64,000 bases of DNA from an uncultured Gemmatimonadales bacterium (lineage in GTDB: Bacteria; Gemmatimonadota; Gemmatimonadetes; Gemmatimonadales; Gemmatimonadaceae): the NCBI GenBank assembly GCA_963707505.1, contig CAVPQB010000006.1, positions 736,001-800,000 on the forward strand, read 5' to 3'. This document shows positions 40,953 to 50,259 of this stretch, piece by piece. The notes beneath the pieces were generated by a model. It saw nothing but the letters and a program-made list of their open reading frames with translations. It was not told the DNA's origin and did no database searches. Position numbers and translations under genes: made by a program. Within the stretch, counting starts at the first letter, position 1. Every line of letters starts with the position of its first letter.

Positions 40953-41271
40953 TATGGGTCTTGTGGATGTCAACGGGCTGTTCATCCCAATCCGGCGGCA
41001 GGAGTTGTGCGGCCATCGTCACCAGGAGCGGATTCAGCATCACGAACCACGCCCTTCTGTATGACCAACCAGGGACGTCATGCCAGGAGTAAGCAGACCA
41101 CCAGGAGTCGACCAGAACCAGAAGGATGACGACGTTGGCCAGGATGTAGAGCGGGTCCGGCTTGTAGCTGCCGCGTCTTCGCACCAGCTGTCCCAGACCA
41201 TACAGCACCTGGGACACGGCCACACCGACGACGATCGATACGAGAACGCTGAGATGTTCAAATGCGGGCAC
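40953..41271 (-). pseudogene. Membrane-protein family member 2, 3'-truncated at the family A element
   Basis: AFEHLSVLVSIVVGVAVSQVL...SWW...LLP stops after ~105 aa (other members ~190 aa) and reads into the TIR. Confidence 0.7.
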
Positions 41272-41360
41272 GTACGGATCCTTTCTCCAGGCAATGGTCA
41301 CGCAGACGTAGCACGCTGGCTAAGCTGCAAGCTCGAGTATTATGTGGCGCCCGAAAAAAT

Positions 41361-41488
41361 GGGTCGAGTGCACTTCTCATGGTATACGCGATGTGTTCGC
41401 ATCAAGGAAGTCCACTCCAGATACCGGTGTCCGAGTTTGCTGCTGAGTGGTGCCGTCGGCATTGACTGACAGAAGTGTACTCTGACCC
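41361..41488. repeat. Degenerate family B element
   Basis: GGGTC-GAGTGCACTTCT ... AGAAGTGTACTCTGACCC. Confidence 0.75.
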
Positions 41489-41515
41489 TGTTTCACTCTC
41501 GTTGTAGATACGAGC

Positions 41516-42652
41516 TCACGCGAGCGCCTGGTGGATCACATCAAGCGCGCGCTGCATCTCCGGCATCGTCCCAACTGTGACCCGCAGATGCGTCGTAAGC
41601 GGCGGAAAGGGCCGCCCCAACGACACACCCTGCTTCAGACACTCGGCGCGGAACGCCTTCACGTCGCGCTTGATATCCACCATGACAAAATTCGCCTGAC
41701 AATCGGCTGGTACGTAGCCGTTGCGGCGAAAGTAATCCAGAGTGAACGCGCGCGCCTCGCGATTCAGGCGCTGCTGCTGAGCGATGCGCGCGGTGTCGGC
41801 GACGGTCGCACTCGCTGCCGCCAACGACGGCTGGTTGGTGTTGGTGTCGAGCAGCCAGGGTTGCATTCGCTTGAGTGTCTCGGGACGCGCGATGGCATAT
41901 CCCAGCCGCAGTCCCGCCATTCCGTACACTTTTGAAAATGTGCGCGCCACCACCACGTTCGGATTGGCGAGCGCCAACGGGATCGCGGTGGCGTACGCCG
42001 GATCGTCCACGTATTCGTGGTATGCTTCGTCTATGAGGAACATCGTATCGGGCGATACGCGTCCCACATGCTCCACGAAATCCTTCACGGCGGCGGATCC
42101 GAGCACTGTGGCCGTGGGGTTGTTGGGATTGCAGAGATACACGACGCCGGCTCCTTTGGCTGCGTCCGTCATCGCATCAAGATCGAGACGCAGTTTGCTA
42201 TCCACCGGCACGTTGCGCACCTCCGCGCCGATGACAGGCGCGAACCGCCCCATCACTTCGAACGTTGGAGACGCCTGCACGAGCGCGCGTCCCGGGCCGG
42301 CGAATGCGCCCGTGGCGATACGCAGTATCTCGGTGGAGCCGCAGCCGAGCAGAAGGTGATCGGGCGGCACGCCGCGCGCAGTCGCGATAGCACGAATGGC
42401 GGCGCGCTCCTCGTCGCGCGGATACCGGTTGTCGACGTTGAAGCACCCCTGGATGGCGGCGAGCACGCGGTCACCTGGCCCGTTGGGATTCTCATTGCTG
42501 TCCAGTCGCACAATGCCGCCGGGTTGTATCGATTCTGGACGGCCGAGCGCGAAGAGCGCTTCTGTGCCGCGCCCCGAGATCATGGGCGAGAGCAGGACGC
42601 CGGCGCTTCCGGCTCCTATCGACGAGAGAAACCTGCGGCGGGAGAGCGGCAT
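41516..42652 (-). CDS. Class I/II PLP aminotransferase (HisC-like) with Tat signal
   Basis: SRRRFL, LDSNENP, CNPNNPT, DEAY and RTFSKVYGMAGLRLGY motifs. Confidence 0.9.
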   Translation of the reverse strand: MPLSRRRFLSSIGAGSAGVLLSPMISGRGTEALFALGRPESIQPGGIVRLDSNENPNGPGDRVLAAIQGCFNVDNRYPRDEERAAIRAIATARGVPPDHLLLGCGSTEILRIATGAFAGPGRALVQASPTFEVMGRFAPVIGAEVRNVPVDSKLRLDLDAMTDAAKGAGVVYLCNPNNPTATVLGSAAVKDFVEHVGRVSPDTMFLIDEAYHEYVDDPAYATAIPLALANPNVVVARTFSKVYGMAGLRLGYAIARPETLKRMQPWLLDTNTNQPSLAAASATVADTARIAQQQRLNREARAFTLDYFRRNGYVPADCQANFVMVDIKRDVKAFRAECLKQGVSLGRPFPPLTTHLRVTVGTMPEMQRALDVIHQALA

Positions 42653-42685
42653 CGAGTACTCCGTTTGGTGGATGGCGCGGCGTTA

Positions 42686-42706
42686 CGGGCGCAAGACTTG
42701 ACACCC
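42686..42706. repeat. Degenerate family A right TIR (solo)
   Basis: CGGGCGCAAGACTTGACACCC. Confidence 0.5.
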
Positions 42707-42736
42707 AGATCTTCGAATTCCAGCGATCGTCGGCAA

Positions 42737-45382
42737 TCATTTACCCAGTAACGCCGGCCAGTTCTCGACCAACACCGCGGCGTTCGACGCCGGCGACATG
42801 CGCAGCACGAAGCGCGTCCCGTCTCCGTTCACGTCGTACGGCACTCCTGGGTCGAAGAACATCCCGCGCAACCAGCTGGGCACTCGAAAGAGCATCTGCG
42901 GTGTTCCGAGCGCGAGCGTCGCACCTGGCGTAACGGACGTGCTCATCATGCGGCCGTCGGGCGTCTCGAAGTACATTTCGCGCCCGTCATTGCGCCAGCG
43001 CGGACGACGCCCGCCGTTCACCGAAATGCGCGCTGCCTCGCCGGATCGCAGGAACGGTCGCACGTAGATCTCGCTCGCACCGGATTCGTCCGACGCGTAC
43101 GCCAGCCATCGTCCGTCCGGCGAGAGCGCTCCGTCGGCGACATTTCCACCGCTGCCCAGGACGCGAATGGGCCGACCTGCGGTGAAGTCGTACGCCCAGA
43201 TCTCTGACCGCGCGAGGGTATCGGCAGTCGATGCAGCGCGCGTCGTCAGGAGATAGCGTCCGTCGCGTGACCAGTCGGTGGGAAGCGGTGTCCCGCGCGT
43301 TCCGGCCATGAGCAATGTGTCTCGCGCCGGTCGCGAGATCGACGCGATGAATTCCGGCGACCCCACTCCCCGTCGTCCCGGGCTGAAACCGGCCAGCACC
43401 GAGTCTCCGGGTCCCCAGACGGGAGAGGAAGCGAGACTCGCGACAACGGTGAGTGTTTTTCGAACCATGTCGTAGATGATCACGTGGTCGAAGCCGCCCA
43501 GCGCGACCAGTGACTTGCTTCGCGCAATCTGGTGCGTCCATGTGCCGAGCACCGGTATCGTGTCGATGATCTGCCCCTTTCGATCAGCGACGAGCTTCTC
43601 CAGATCACCTTGCGACGGCAGATACGCCAGCGCACCAGTCGCCGAAACCGAGTACGAGAACGTAGCGCCTGCCGAGCGCACGCCATCCGCGATGAGCACG
43701 CGATCACCGCTGAGAGTCAGTGTGCCCGCGTCGAATCGTTGCGCGACGAGGCGCGACGGCATCCCGGCCCCCGGGAACACGCCGTATAACAGGATGTCAG
43801 GAAGTACCAGTGTGGGATCCGAGGCCCGTGAGACGAGCTGGCGCCAGGCACCTCCGTTCATGTCTGCTACAAAAACTCCGGGGGCATCGGATCCGAATCG
43901 GACGGAGAAGAGCACGTGTTTGCCGTCCGGAAGCAGGACGGGATGCTCCAGCATCTCCGCGCTGGATGTCGACGTGTGGATCGGGACGGCGATCGTGCAC
44001 GGGCCGCCGTTGGCGGTCGTGCGCTCGATACCGCGGGAGCTCGCGACGAGGATGGTGCCGTCGTCTGCCCAACTTCCATTCATGCCGCCGTCAATCTTGC
44101 AAAGCCCGCGAAGGCCGCCCGTGAGATCGAACCGCCACAACTGATCGTGGGCGAAGAATGCGATCGATTGCCCGTCCGGCGACCAGAACGGTCCCACGGC
44201 GCCGTCCGTACCCGGAAGGGCCACGGCGGTGAGCGAGTCGAGGCGTCTCAGCCAGAGACGCGACTCGCCATGCGGCGAAAGCAGTACGAACGCGAAACGT
44301 TGTCCATCTGGCGAGAGCGCGCCGAAGCTGGATCGCTCACTGAATTCCTGTCCGTCGGGCGGGAGCAGTGACGACATCACCAGCGGAGCCGTGCCACCTC
44401 GACGTCCACGCAATGACATACCGAGAGCCGCGAGTGCGATCACCGTCATGAGCGCCGCGACGCTCCACGGCAGCCAGCGCGCGCCCGAGTGCTGTCCCAT
44501 CGGCACCGAGTGCGTCGCTCGCGTAACGGATCCCGTGGGGCCCGCGAGCGCTCGAGAAAACTCGGTGGCCGATGCGAAACGATCAGCGGGAAGTTTCTCC
44601 AGCGCGGTCATCACCGCATCAACGACGCACGCTGGAACGCTCTTGCGCTGCGCGACGAGCGAGCGCGGCTCCGTCGTGATCACCTGCGCGACGATCGCCT
44701 GTGCGGTAGATCCGGTGAATGGCGGATCACCGCTCAGCATCTCGTACGTGACCGCGCCGAGCGAGTAGATGTCGGAGCGAGGTCCGATGTCACGCTCACC
44801 CATCGCCTGCTCGGGTGACATGTACTGTGGAGTGCCGAGTGAAAGGCCGGTCTGCGTCATTCGCTGTCCGCCGGCCTGCTGTACGGCGAGCGCAATTCCA
44901 AAGTCCGCTACGAGCGCGTGCCCGTTCTGCAGCAGGATGTTCTCCGGCTTGATGTCGCGGTGCACGATGCCGCGTCCGTGGGCGTATGCGAGTGCGTCTG
45001 CTGTCTCGCTCGCGATGCGGACTGCGTCAGCAATTGGAAGCTGCTTGTCACGCGTGAGCCGTTCGCGCAGAGTCTCACCTTCCACGTACGGCATGACGTA
45101 AAAGAGCAAACCATCAGCGCTTCCACTGTCAAACAGCGGCAGGATGTGCGGGTGCTGCAGGTTGGCGGTGAGTTCTATTTCCTTTAAGAACCGTTCCGGG
45201 CCGATGATCGCAGAGAGTTCGGCGTGTAGTACCTTGATCGCGACCTTGCGGTGATGCTTGAGATCTTCGGCGAGATACACAGTCGCCATTCCGCCCGCAC
45301 CGAGCTCGCGCTCGATGCGGTATCGGTCGGCCAGGGACGGCTGGAGGCGCGCTGACAGCTGGTCGGGAGCTGACTCGGGCAT
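42737..45382 (-). CDS. Ser/Thr protein kinase with C-terminal TolB/PD40 beta-propellers
   Basis: ELGAGGMATV, HRDIKPEN, DFGIALA and GTPQYMSPEQ motifs; SPDG repeats. Confidence 0.93.
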   Translation of the reverse strand: MPESAPDQLSARLQPSLADRYRIERELGAGGMATVYLAEDLKHHRKVAIKVLHAELSAIIGPERFLKEIELTANLQHPHILPLFDSGSADGLLFYVMPYVEGETLRERLTRDKQLPIADAVRIASETADALAYAHGRGIVHRDIKPENILLQNGHALVADFGIALAVQQAGGQRMTQTGLSLGTPQYMSPEQAMGERDIGPRSDIYSLGAVTYEMLSGDPPFTGSTAQAIVAQVITTEPRSLVAQRKSVPACVVDAVMTALEKLPADRFASATEFSRALAGPTGSVTRATHSVPMGQHSGARWLPWSVAALMTVIALAALGMSLRGRRGGTAPLVMSSLLPPDGQEFSERSSFGALSPDGQRFAFVLLSPHGESRLWLRRLDSLTAVALPGTDGAVGPFWSPDGQSIAFFAHDQLWRFDLTGGLRGLCKIDGGMNGSWADDGTILVASSRGIERTTANGGPCTIAVPIHTSTSSAEMLEHPVLLPDGKHVLFSVRFGSDAPGVFVADMNGGAWRQLVSRASDPTLVLPDILLYGVFPGAGMPSRLVAQRFDAGTLTLSGDRVLIADGVRSAGATFSYSVSATGALAYLPSQGDLEKLVADRKGQIIDTIPVLGTWTHQIARSKSLVALGGFDHVIIYDMVRKTLTVVASLASSPVWGPGDSVLAGFSPGRRGVGSPEFIASISRPARDTLLMAGTRGTPLPTDWSRDGRYLLTTRAASTADTLARSEIWAYDFTAGRPIRVLGSGGNVADGALSPDGRWLAYASDESGASEIYVRPFLRSGEAARISVNGGRRPRWRNDGREMYFETPDGRMMSTSVTPGATLALGTPQMLFRVPSWLRGMFFDPGVPYDVNGDGTRFVLRMSPASNAAVLVENWPALLGK

Positions 45383-45426
45383 GTGGGGGGATAATGTACG
45401 TTACGCCGGTCCGTCCCGGGCGAAAT

Positions 45427-45504
45427 GGGGTGAGAGTGCACTTCTCCTGGTAAACGCGATCTGGTGGCGTCAGAAGCAACGGGACGGAGTGGGGACGGAC
45501 TCCG
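45427..45504. repeat. Family B left TIR followed by a family C repeat
   Basis: GGGGTGAGAGTGCACTTCT at 45427; GGGACGGAGT GGGGACGGACTCCG at 45481. Confidence 0.75.
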
Positions 45505-45513
45505 ATCCACCGA

Positions 45514-45800
45514 TCACGCCTCGGCCACTATTGCAAAACGTCCCTTGTCTCGATCCGCAGTAGGCAGGTTCAGGAACTCGCTGTGAATTATCCTGAACCG
45601 CAATCCAGCGAGCAGTGCAATCGCTTCGTCAGGGGAATGTGAAAGAGCGAGTCCCACGCTATGACCGCGGCGAATTCTCCACCGGGGTCGAAGCTCTCGA
45701 GTGATGACAGGACCCAATGCTGTTCCGGCAGGCGGCTGCGAGCCGGTCCTGCACCGACTCCGGCATGCGTCGCGCATAATCCAGTTTGCGCCGCGGCTCT
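45514..45800 (-). pseudogene. Decayed paralogue of the 26867-27475 methyltransferase
   Basis: LPEQHWVLSSLESFDPGGEFAAVIAWDSLFHIP and LRFRIIHSEFLNLPTADRDKGRFAIVAEA match the intact gene, with an internal deletion and frameshift. Confidence 0.85.
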
Positions 45801-45931
45801 CTGAACGACGGCTGTCCGCGGAACCGGGCCGAGTGACATCCGGCCCCAGATAGTGCATATTCGCGAGCGTTGGGGACGACAGTCCTGGCCAGAACTGTCG
45901 TGGAGAACATCAACCATCGAGCTCGCTACCG

Positions 45932-46501
45932 ATGCAGGCGTTCGAGCTGCTTACGCTGTTCGTGTCGTTCGTATATACACTGGCGCTGACGCATCTCCTT
46001 TTCGCCAGTGCACGGATGATCCGCTATCGCCGCAGAATAGCGTTCTCGTGGCCGCACGCACTCTGGATGCTCAATGCGCTCCTCGTTCAGTTCGACGACT
46101 GGTTGAGTCTAAGCGACCTTCGCACGCTCAAGTCGCTGTCGCTAGGAATCATCGCGATCAATTTCACGATCGTCATAATTCAATACCTGGTATGCGCACT
46201 AGTCTCTCCGGATTTCGAGAGCAGCGACGATTATGACCTGCGCCGCTTCCACAAGGAGCAGGGACCGACCTACATCACGGCGTTTCTGGTAGTGATGTTA
46301 TACTCGCTCGCGGTCAACGTAATGGTCGCCGATGCAGGCGTGGCGAACGCGGTGGGGCAGAACTGGCTCGTCCTTCTGATCCTTGTCCCGATCATAGCGG
46401 CGCTGTGGGTGAAGAGACGCTGGGTCCAGCTGCTGGCGCCAGCAGTGCTGATCGTACTTCAGATCGCGTACGCTGTCATATACTACCCGGTACTGAGATG
46501 A
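45932..46501 (+). CDS. Membrane-protein family member 3
   Basis: AFELLTLFVSFVYTLALTHLL...SWPHALW...LVSPD...YDLRRF. Confidence 0.8.
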   Translation: MQAFELLTLFVSFVYTLALTHLLFASARMIRYRRRIAFSWPHALWMLNALLVQFDDWLSLSDLRTLKSLSLGIIAINFTIVIIQYLVCALVSPDFESSDDYDLRRFHKEQGPTYITAFLVVMLYSLAVNVMVADAGVANAVGQNWLVLLILVPIIAALWVKRRWVQLLAPAVLIVLQIAYAVIYYPVLR

Positions 46502-46544
46502 TCCGAACCGAGTTCACCGACCCGTGCCTTGACATCAACAGAGG

Positions 46545-47123
46545 GTGACAGGCTTGTTCTCCTACCTTGGCGTGCTGATCTCCGTCATCATGGGCCTCGC
46601 AGTGACGTATCTCCTGGTCGGCGTGAGCGAGATCATCCACATGCGTCATACGATCCGAATCTACTGGGTGCACATCGTATGGACCGTGAACGTGCTGGTC
46701 TACGTCCTCGCGGTCTGGTGGGGAATGTTCTGGTGGAATCGCCTGCACACATGGAGCATCGAGGAATTTCTTTTCATCACGATCTATTCCATTGTCATTT
46801 TCATGCTGGCCGCGATGCTATACCCGCGCGAAGTACCGGAGGGACTCGATTTCGAGGCGTACTTCTTTACCAACAAGCGATGGTTCTTCGGGATCTATCT
46901 CACCGCGACGCTGCTGGACGTCGTCGAGACAGTGTCGAAGGGCGTCATCGGGTTACGGCCAGTTCCGACGGAGTACGTGATCTACATTCCCGTCGTGCTC
47001 GTGATCTGCGCCACGGCGCTCATCACCAAACGGCGCCGGCTGCACGAAGTCTTGTGCGTTGCCTGGCTGGTGTGCTCGCTTTCGTATTTGGCATTCACTT
47101 CGCTCGCGCGAATCGCTGGCTGA
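46545..47123 (+). CDS. Membrane-protein family member 4
   Basis: LFSYLGVLISVIMGLAVTYLL...YWVHIVW...WWGMFWW...LYP...DFEAYFFTNKRWFF. Confidence 0.82.
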   Translation: MTGLFSYLGVLISVIMGLAVTYLLVGVSEIIHMRHTIRIYWVHIVWTVNVLVYVLAVWWGMFWWNRLHTWSIEEFLFITIYSIVIFMLAAMLYPREVPEGLDFEAYFFTNKRWFFGIYLTATLLDVVETVSKGVIGLRPVPTEYVIYIPVVLVICATALITKRRRLHEVLCVAWLVCSLSYLAFTSLARIAG

Positions 47124-47155
47124 CCAAGTTCTCGTTGAACCAGCCAGCGGGGAGC

Positions 47156-47319
47156 GGGGTCAGGTCTTGCCCCGTGCGCCGATCGCGGTCGTTGCAGTGT
47201 TTCGCTAAACCGTGCGGCGCTTCAGCCGCAGGATCGGCGAGCACTTCTGTATCCATTATTCGCGCGTGAGCCGGATCGTAAGCAACACAGAGCGTCAGCG
47301 CGCACGGGGCAAGACCCCC
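47156..47319 (+). mobile_element. Family A element, near full length, right TIR slightly deleted
   Basis: GGGGTCAGGTCTTGCCCCGTGCGC ... GCGCACGGGGCAAGACCCCC; the interior translates IGEHFCIHYSRVSRIVSNTERQRARGKT. Confidence 0.88.
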
Positions 47320-47340
47320 GGTTTCTCCTGACGCGCGCGG

Positions 47341-49881
47341 TCACGTTCGAGGCCTGATAGGCCATGGTGTCGAGTACGAGCACGCGGCGGCGCCCATCCG
47401 ATGTGCCGCGGCAGCGAACGCGGGGTCGTCCCGGAGCGAGTCGAAGATCGGATCACACATGCTGTAACCTCCGCTCGAATTCACGCTCTTCCAGTCGATT
47501 CGCGGAACCAGTGACGCGCGCTGACTCGCCGGAATTCCGAACGCGAGTGCCACTTCCAGATCGGCGCTGGTAATTGCGCTCTGGTTGCGCGGCGCAAGTC
47601 GTTCGTGGGCCGCGCGGATTACGTCGCGTACTCGTTCGGCGTCGCTCCAGCGACCTGCCGCGGCGTATGCCAGCACCAGACCACCCTGAACGCCCGGCAA
47701 TGTAGAATCATGCTGGCGCGCTATCTCAGCGTATTTGACCGCCGAATCCGCGTGGCCGGAGAACATATTGGCCAGTGCGATAGTCAAGTAGGCTGGAGTG
47801 AAGGAAGAATCGATGGCGATCGACTTGTGCGCTGCGTCGAGCGCTCCGCGAAAGTCCCTCGACACATAAAGGGCCTCGCTCACGTCACCAGCAAGGACTG
47901 CAGAGAGCGGATCGAGCGCCGCCGCGCGTCTGGCCTCCGACAACGCCTGCGGAATTTCATCGAGCCATCCTAGATTGTCGGCGTGCCATTGCAGTGCGGC
48001 CGGATCGTTGGGGGCGATTGCCAACGCCGTCCGGCATTGCGGCTCCATTTCCGCAGCGCGATTCAACAGCGGGCCGACACCGCATAAGGCGGTATGCGCA
48101 TCGACGAGTGTCGAGTCGAGAGTCAGGGCGTGCCGTGCGCTGGCGATGGCGAGATCACCAAGAGAATCAGCATCGATGGGCAGATAATCAGGCAGAATTG
48201 CGTACGTCATGCCGAGTCCGGCGTAAGCGCGCGCGAAGTGTGGATCGCGCGCAATCGCCTGCTTGAAATAGTCGATCGAGCGCAGAAGATTCGCGCTGCC
48301 CCGCTTCTGCCAGAAATAGTGCCCCTTGAGATAGAGGTCGTATGCGGCGAGATCGGTCGTTCCGCGACTCGAATCGGCGACCGTCGCTGCGGTTGTGCCG
48401 CGAAGCGCGGGCTCCAATGCGTGCACTATCTCCTTTGTGAATTGATCCTGCACCTGAAACACATCCGTCGCGCGGCTCTCATATGCGTCCGACCAGACGA
48501 CAAGGCCGTCCTTCGCGCTCGTCAATTGTGCAGTGATGCGAAGCCTGTCGCCGGCGCGACGCACGGTTCCTTCCACGATACCGCCAACGTTCAGAGTACG
48601 ACCGATCTGTTGTGCCGGTACGTCCTTGCCCTTGAACGCGTACGATGACGTTCTACCCGCGACCCTGAGGGACGGCAGCCGCGAAAGTGCGTGCGCGAGT
48701 TCGTCAGTCATTCCATCGGAGAAGTATTCGTCCTTCGAAGCGCCATCTGTATTCACGAACGGAAGCACCGCGACCGTCGTAATTGACGCCGGAGCAGTGG
48801 CGCGCACACTTGAATCCTGTGCTATGCCGGTGGTAGCAGCATGGCCGAGCGTCGGCCTGAAGCCGTGCCAGCCGAGCAGCGCGGCTGCGATTACAACTAC
48901 GCTCGCAACCACCGCCATTGTATGGCCGCGCCGCCACCGTGCCTGCACCAATCGCGTTGCTGCGTCTGCCATGGGTCCGCGCCGCGCGTCTTGCGGCGCG
49001 TGGAGGAGCTCGGGTGATTCGAGTGCAGCGACGAGGCTCGCTGCATCGGCAACACGCTTCGATGGCTCCTTCTGGATACACCGCATCACCAGTGCGACGA
49101 GCGGCTCGGGAATGTCAGATGCTGGATTCGTGAGCGCTGCCGGAACCTCGGCGATCTGCGCGGCTATCAGTTGTTGTGCGCTCGTTTTGCCCGCGAATGG
49201 ATGAACGCCGGCAAGCATCTCATATGCAACGATTCCCCACGCATATATGTCCGCTCGCGCATCCACTGGATCACCAACTGCCTGTTCGGGCGCCATGTAC
49301 GCCGGCGTGCCTAACGAGGTACCGATCTGTGTAAGCGTCCCGCCCGGGGCCTGTGTCTTCGCGGCACTCAGCGCCTTCGCGATCCCGAAATCGGTGACGA
49401 CGGCAATACCATCGGAGATGAGAATATTCTCCGGTTTTATATCGCGATGAATCACGCCGCGTCTGTGCGCATAGTCCAGTGCGCGCGCCACGTCGGTCAT
49501 GACTTTAACCGAACTCGCTACACTCGAGCCGCCCCGGTTCATGCTTGCACGCAACGACTCGCCGCTGACGAATGGCATGATGTAATACGGAAGCCCATCT
49601 GCCACGCCGGCTGTTATGACAGGTACAATGTGCGGATGCTGCAACTGGGCCGCGAGCTTGATCTCGCGCTCGAAACGGTCGGCCGAAAGGCCTTCTGCCA
49701 ACTCCGGCGCAAGTACCTTGACCACGATATCGCGGCCAAGCGCTTCATCATGAGCACGAAATACGCGCGACATTCCACCCCCGCCAAGCTCACGCTCGAT
49801 GCGGTAGGCGGATCCCAGAGAAGCCTCGAGCCGGACGAGCAGCGGATCGCGAGGGTTTTCCGGTTCCATCAGGTCAAACAT
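47341..49881 (-). CDS. Ser/Thr protein kinase with a TolB-N-like domain and TPRs
   Basis: ELGGGGMSRV, HRDIKPEN and DFGIAK motifs; VAVLPFVN..EYFSDGMTDEL..LRVAGRTSS; AYDLYLKG. Confidence 0.93.
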   Translation of the reverse strand: MFDLMEPENPRDPLLVRLEASLGSAYRIERELGGGGMSRVFRAHDEALGRDIVVKVLAPELAEGLSADRFEREIKLAAQLQHPHIVPVITAGVADGLPYYIMPFVSGESLRASMNRGGSSVASSVKVMTDVARALDYAHRRGVIHRDIKPENILISDGIAVVTDFGIAKALSAAKTQAPGGTLTQIGTSLGTPAYMAPEQAVGDPVDARADIYAWGIVAYEMLAGVHPFAGKTSAQQLIAAQIAEVPAALTNPASDIPEPLVALVMRCIQKEPSKRVADAASLVAALESPELLHAPQDARRGPMADAATRLVQARWRRGHTMAVVASVVVIAAALLGWHGFRPTLGHAATTGIAQDSSVRATAPASITTVAVLPFVNTDGASKDEYFSDGMTDELAHALSRLPSLRVAGRTSSYAFKGKDVPAQQIGRTLNVGGIVEGTVRRAGDRLRITAQLTSAKDGLVVWSDAYESRATDVFQVQDQFTKEIVHALEPALRGTTAATVADSSRGTTDLAAYDLYLKGHYFWQKRGSANLLRSIDYFKQAIARDPHFARAYAGLGMTYAILPDYLPIDADSLGDLAIASARHALTLDSTLVDAHTALCGVGPLLNRAAEMEPQCRTALAIAPNDPAALQWHADNLGWLDEIPQALSEARRAAALDPLSAVLAGDVSEALYVSRDFRGALDAAHKSIAIDSSFTPAYLTIALANMFSGHADSAVKYAEIARQHDSTLPGVQGGLVLAYAAAGRWSDAERVRDVIRAAHERLAPRNQSAITSADLEVALAFGIPASQRASLVPRIDWKSVNSSGGYSMCDPIFDSLRDDPAFAAAAHRMGAAACSYSTPWPIRPRT

Positions 49882-49892
49882 ACGTCAGATTC

Positions 49893-49940
49893 GGGGACGG
49901 AGTGGGGACGGAGTGGGGACGGAGTGGGGACGGACTCCGT
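49893..49940. repeat. Family C repeat: (GGGGACGGAGT)x3 + GGGGACGGACTCCGT
   Basis: Read directly; same unit as at 3044 and 45481. Confidence 0.88.
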
Positions 49941-50003
49941 TTCTGAAGCGTGTCGAGGTCCTTTCGCGTCAGGTGCCGGAATGGAGAGGCGGGGTCAAGA
50001 GGC

Positions 50004-50171
50004 GGGGTCAGGTCTTGCCCCGTGCGCCGATCCCGGTCATTGCAGCTTTTCGCTACACCGCGCGGCGCGTCGACCGCACGATCGGCGGGCGCTTCGGTAT
50101 CAATTGATCGCGCGTTCGCCGAACGGTAGGCAACTCAGAGCGTCAGCGCGCACAGGGCAAGACCTGACCCC
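50004..50171 (+). mobile_element. Family A element, full length (168 bp)
   Basis: TIRs as above; differs from the 51461 copy at 2 positions by manual comparison. Confidence 0.92.
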
Positions 50172-50203
50172 GTTGCCCTCGGCGTCAATTGGTATCGGGT
50201 ATC

Positions 50204-50258
50204 GGGGTCAAGCCTTGCGCCGTGCGCCCAATTTCAGGCACGGCGCAAGTATGAATCC
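50204..50258. repeat. Minimal degenerate family A hairpin
   Basis: GGGGTCAAGCCTTGCGCCGTGC...GCACGGCGCAAGTATGAATCC. Confidence 0.7.
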
Positions 50259-50259
50259 T

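Noticed and set aside
3044..49940. GGGGACGGAGT repeats or the family A/B repeats as a CRISPR array
   Set aside because: No regular repeat-spacer periodicity, no unique 25-45 bp spacers and no cas genes.
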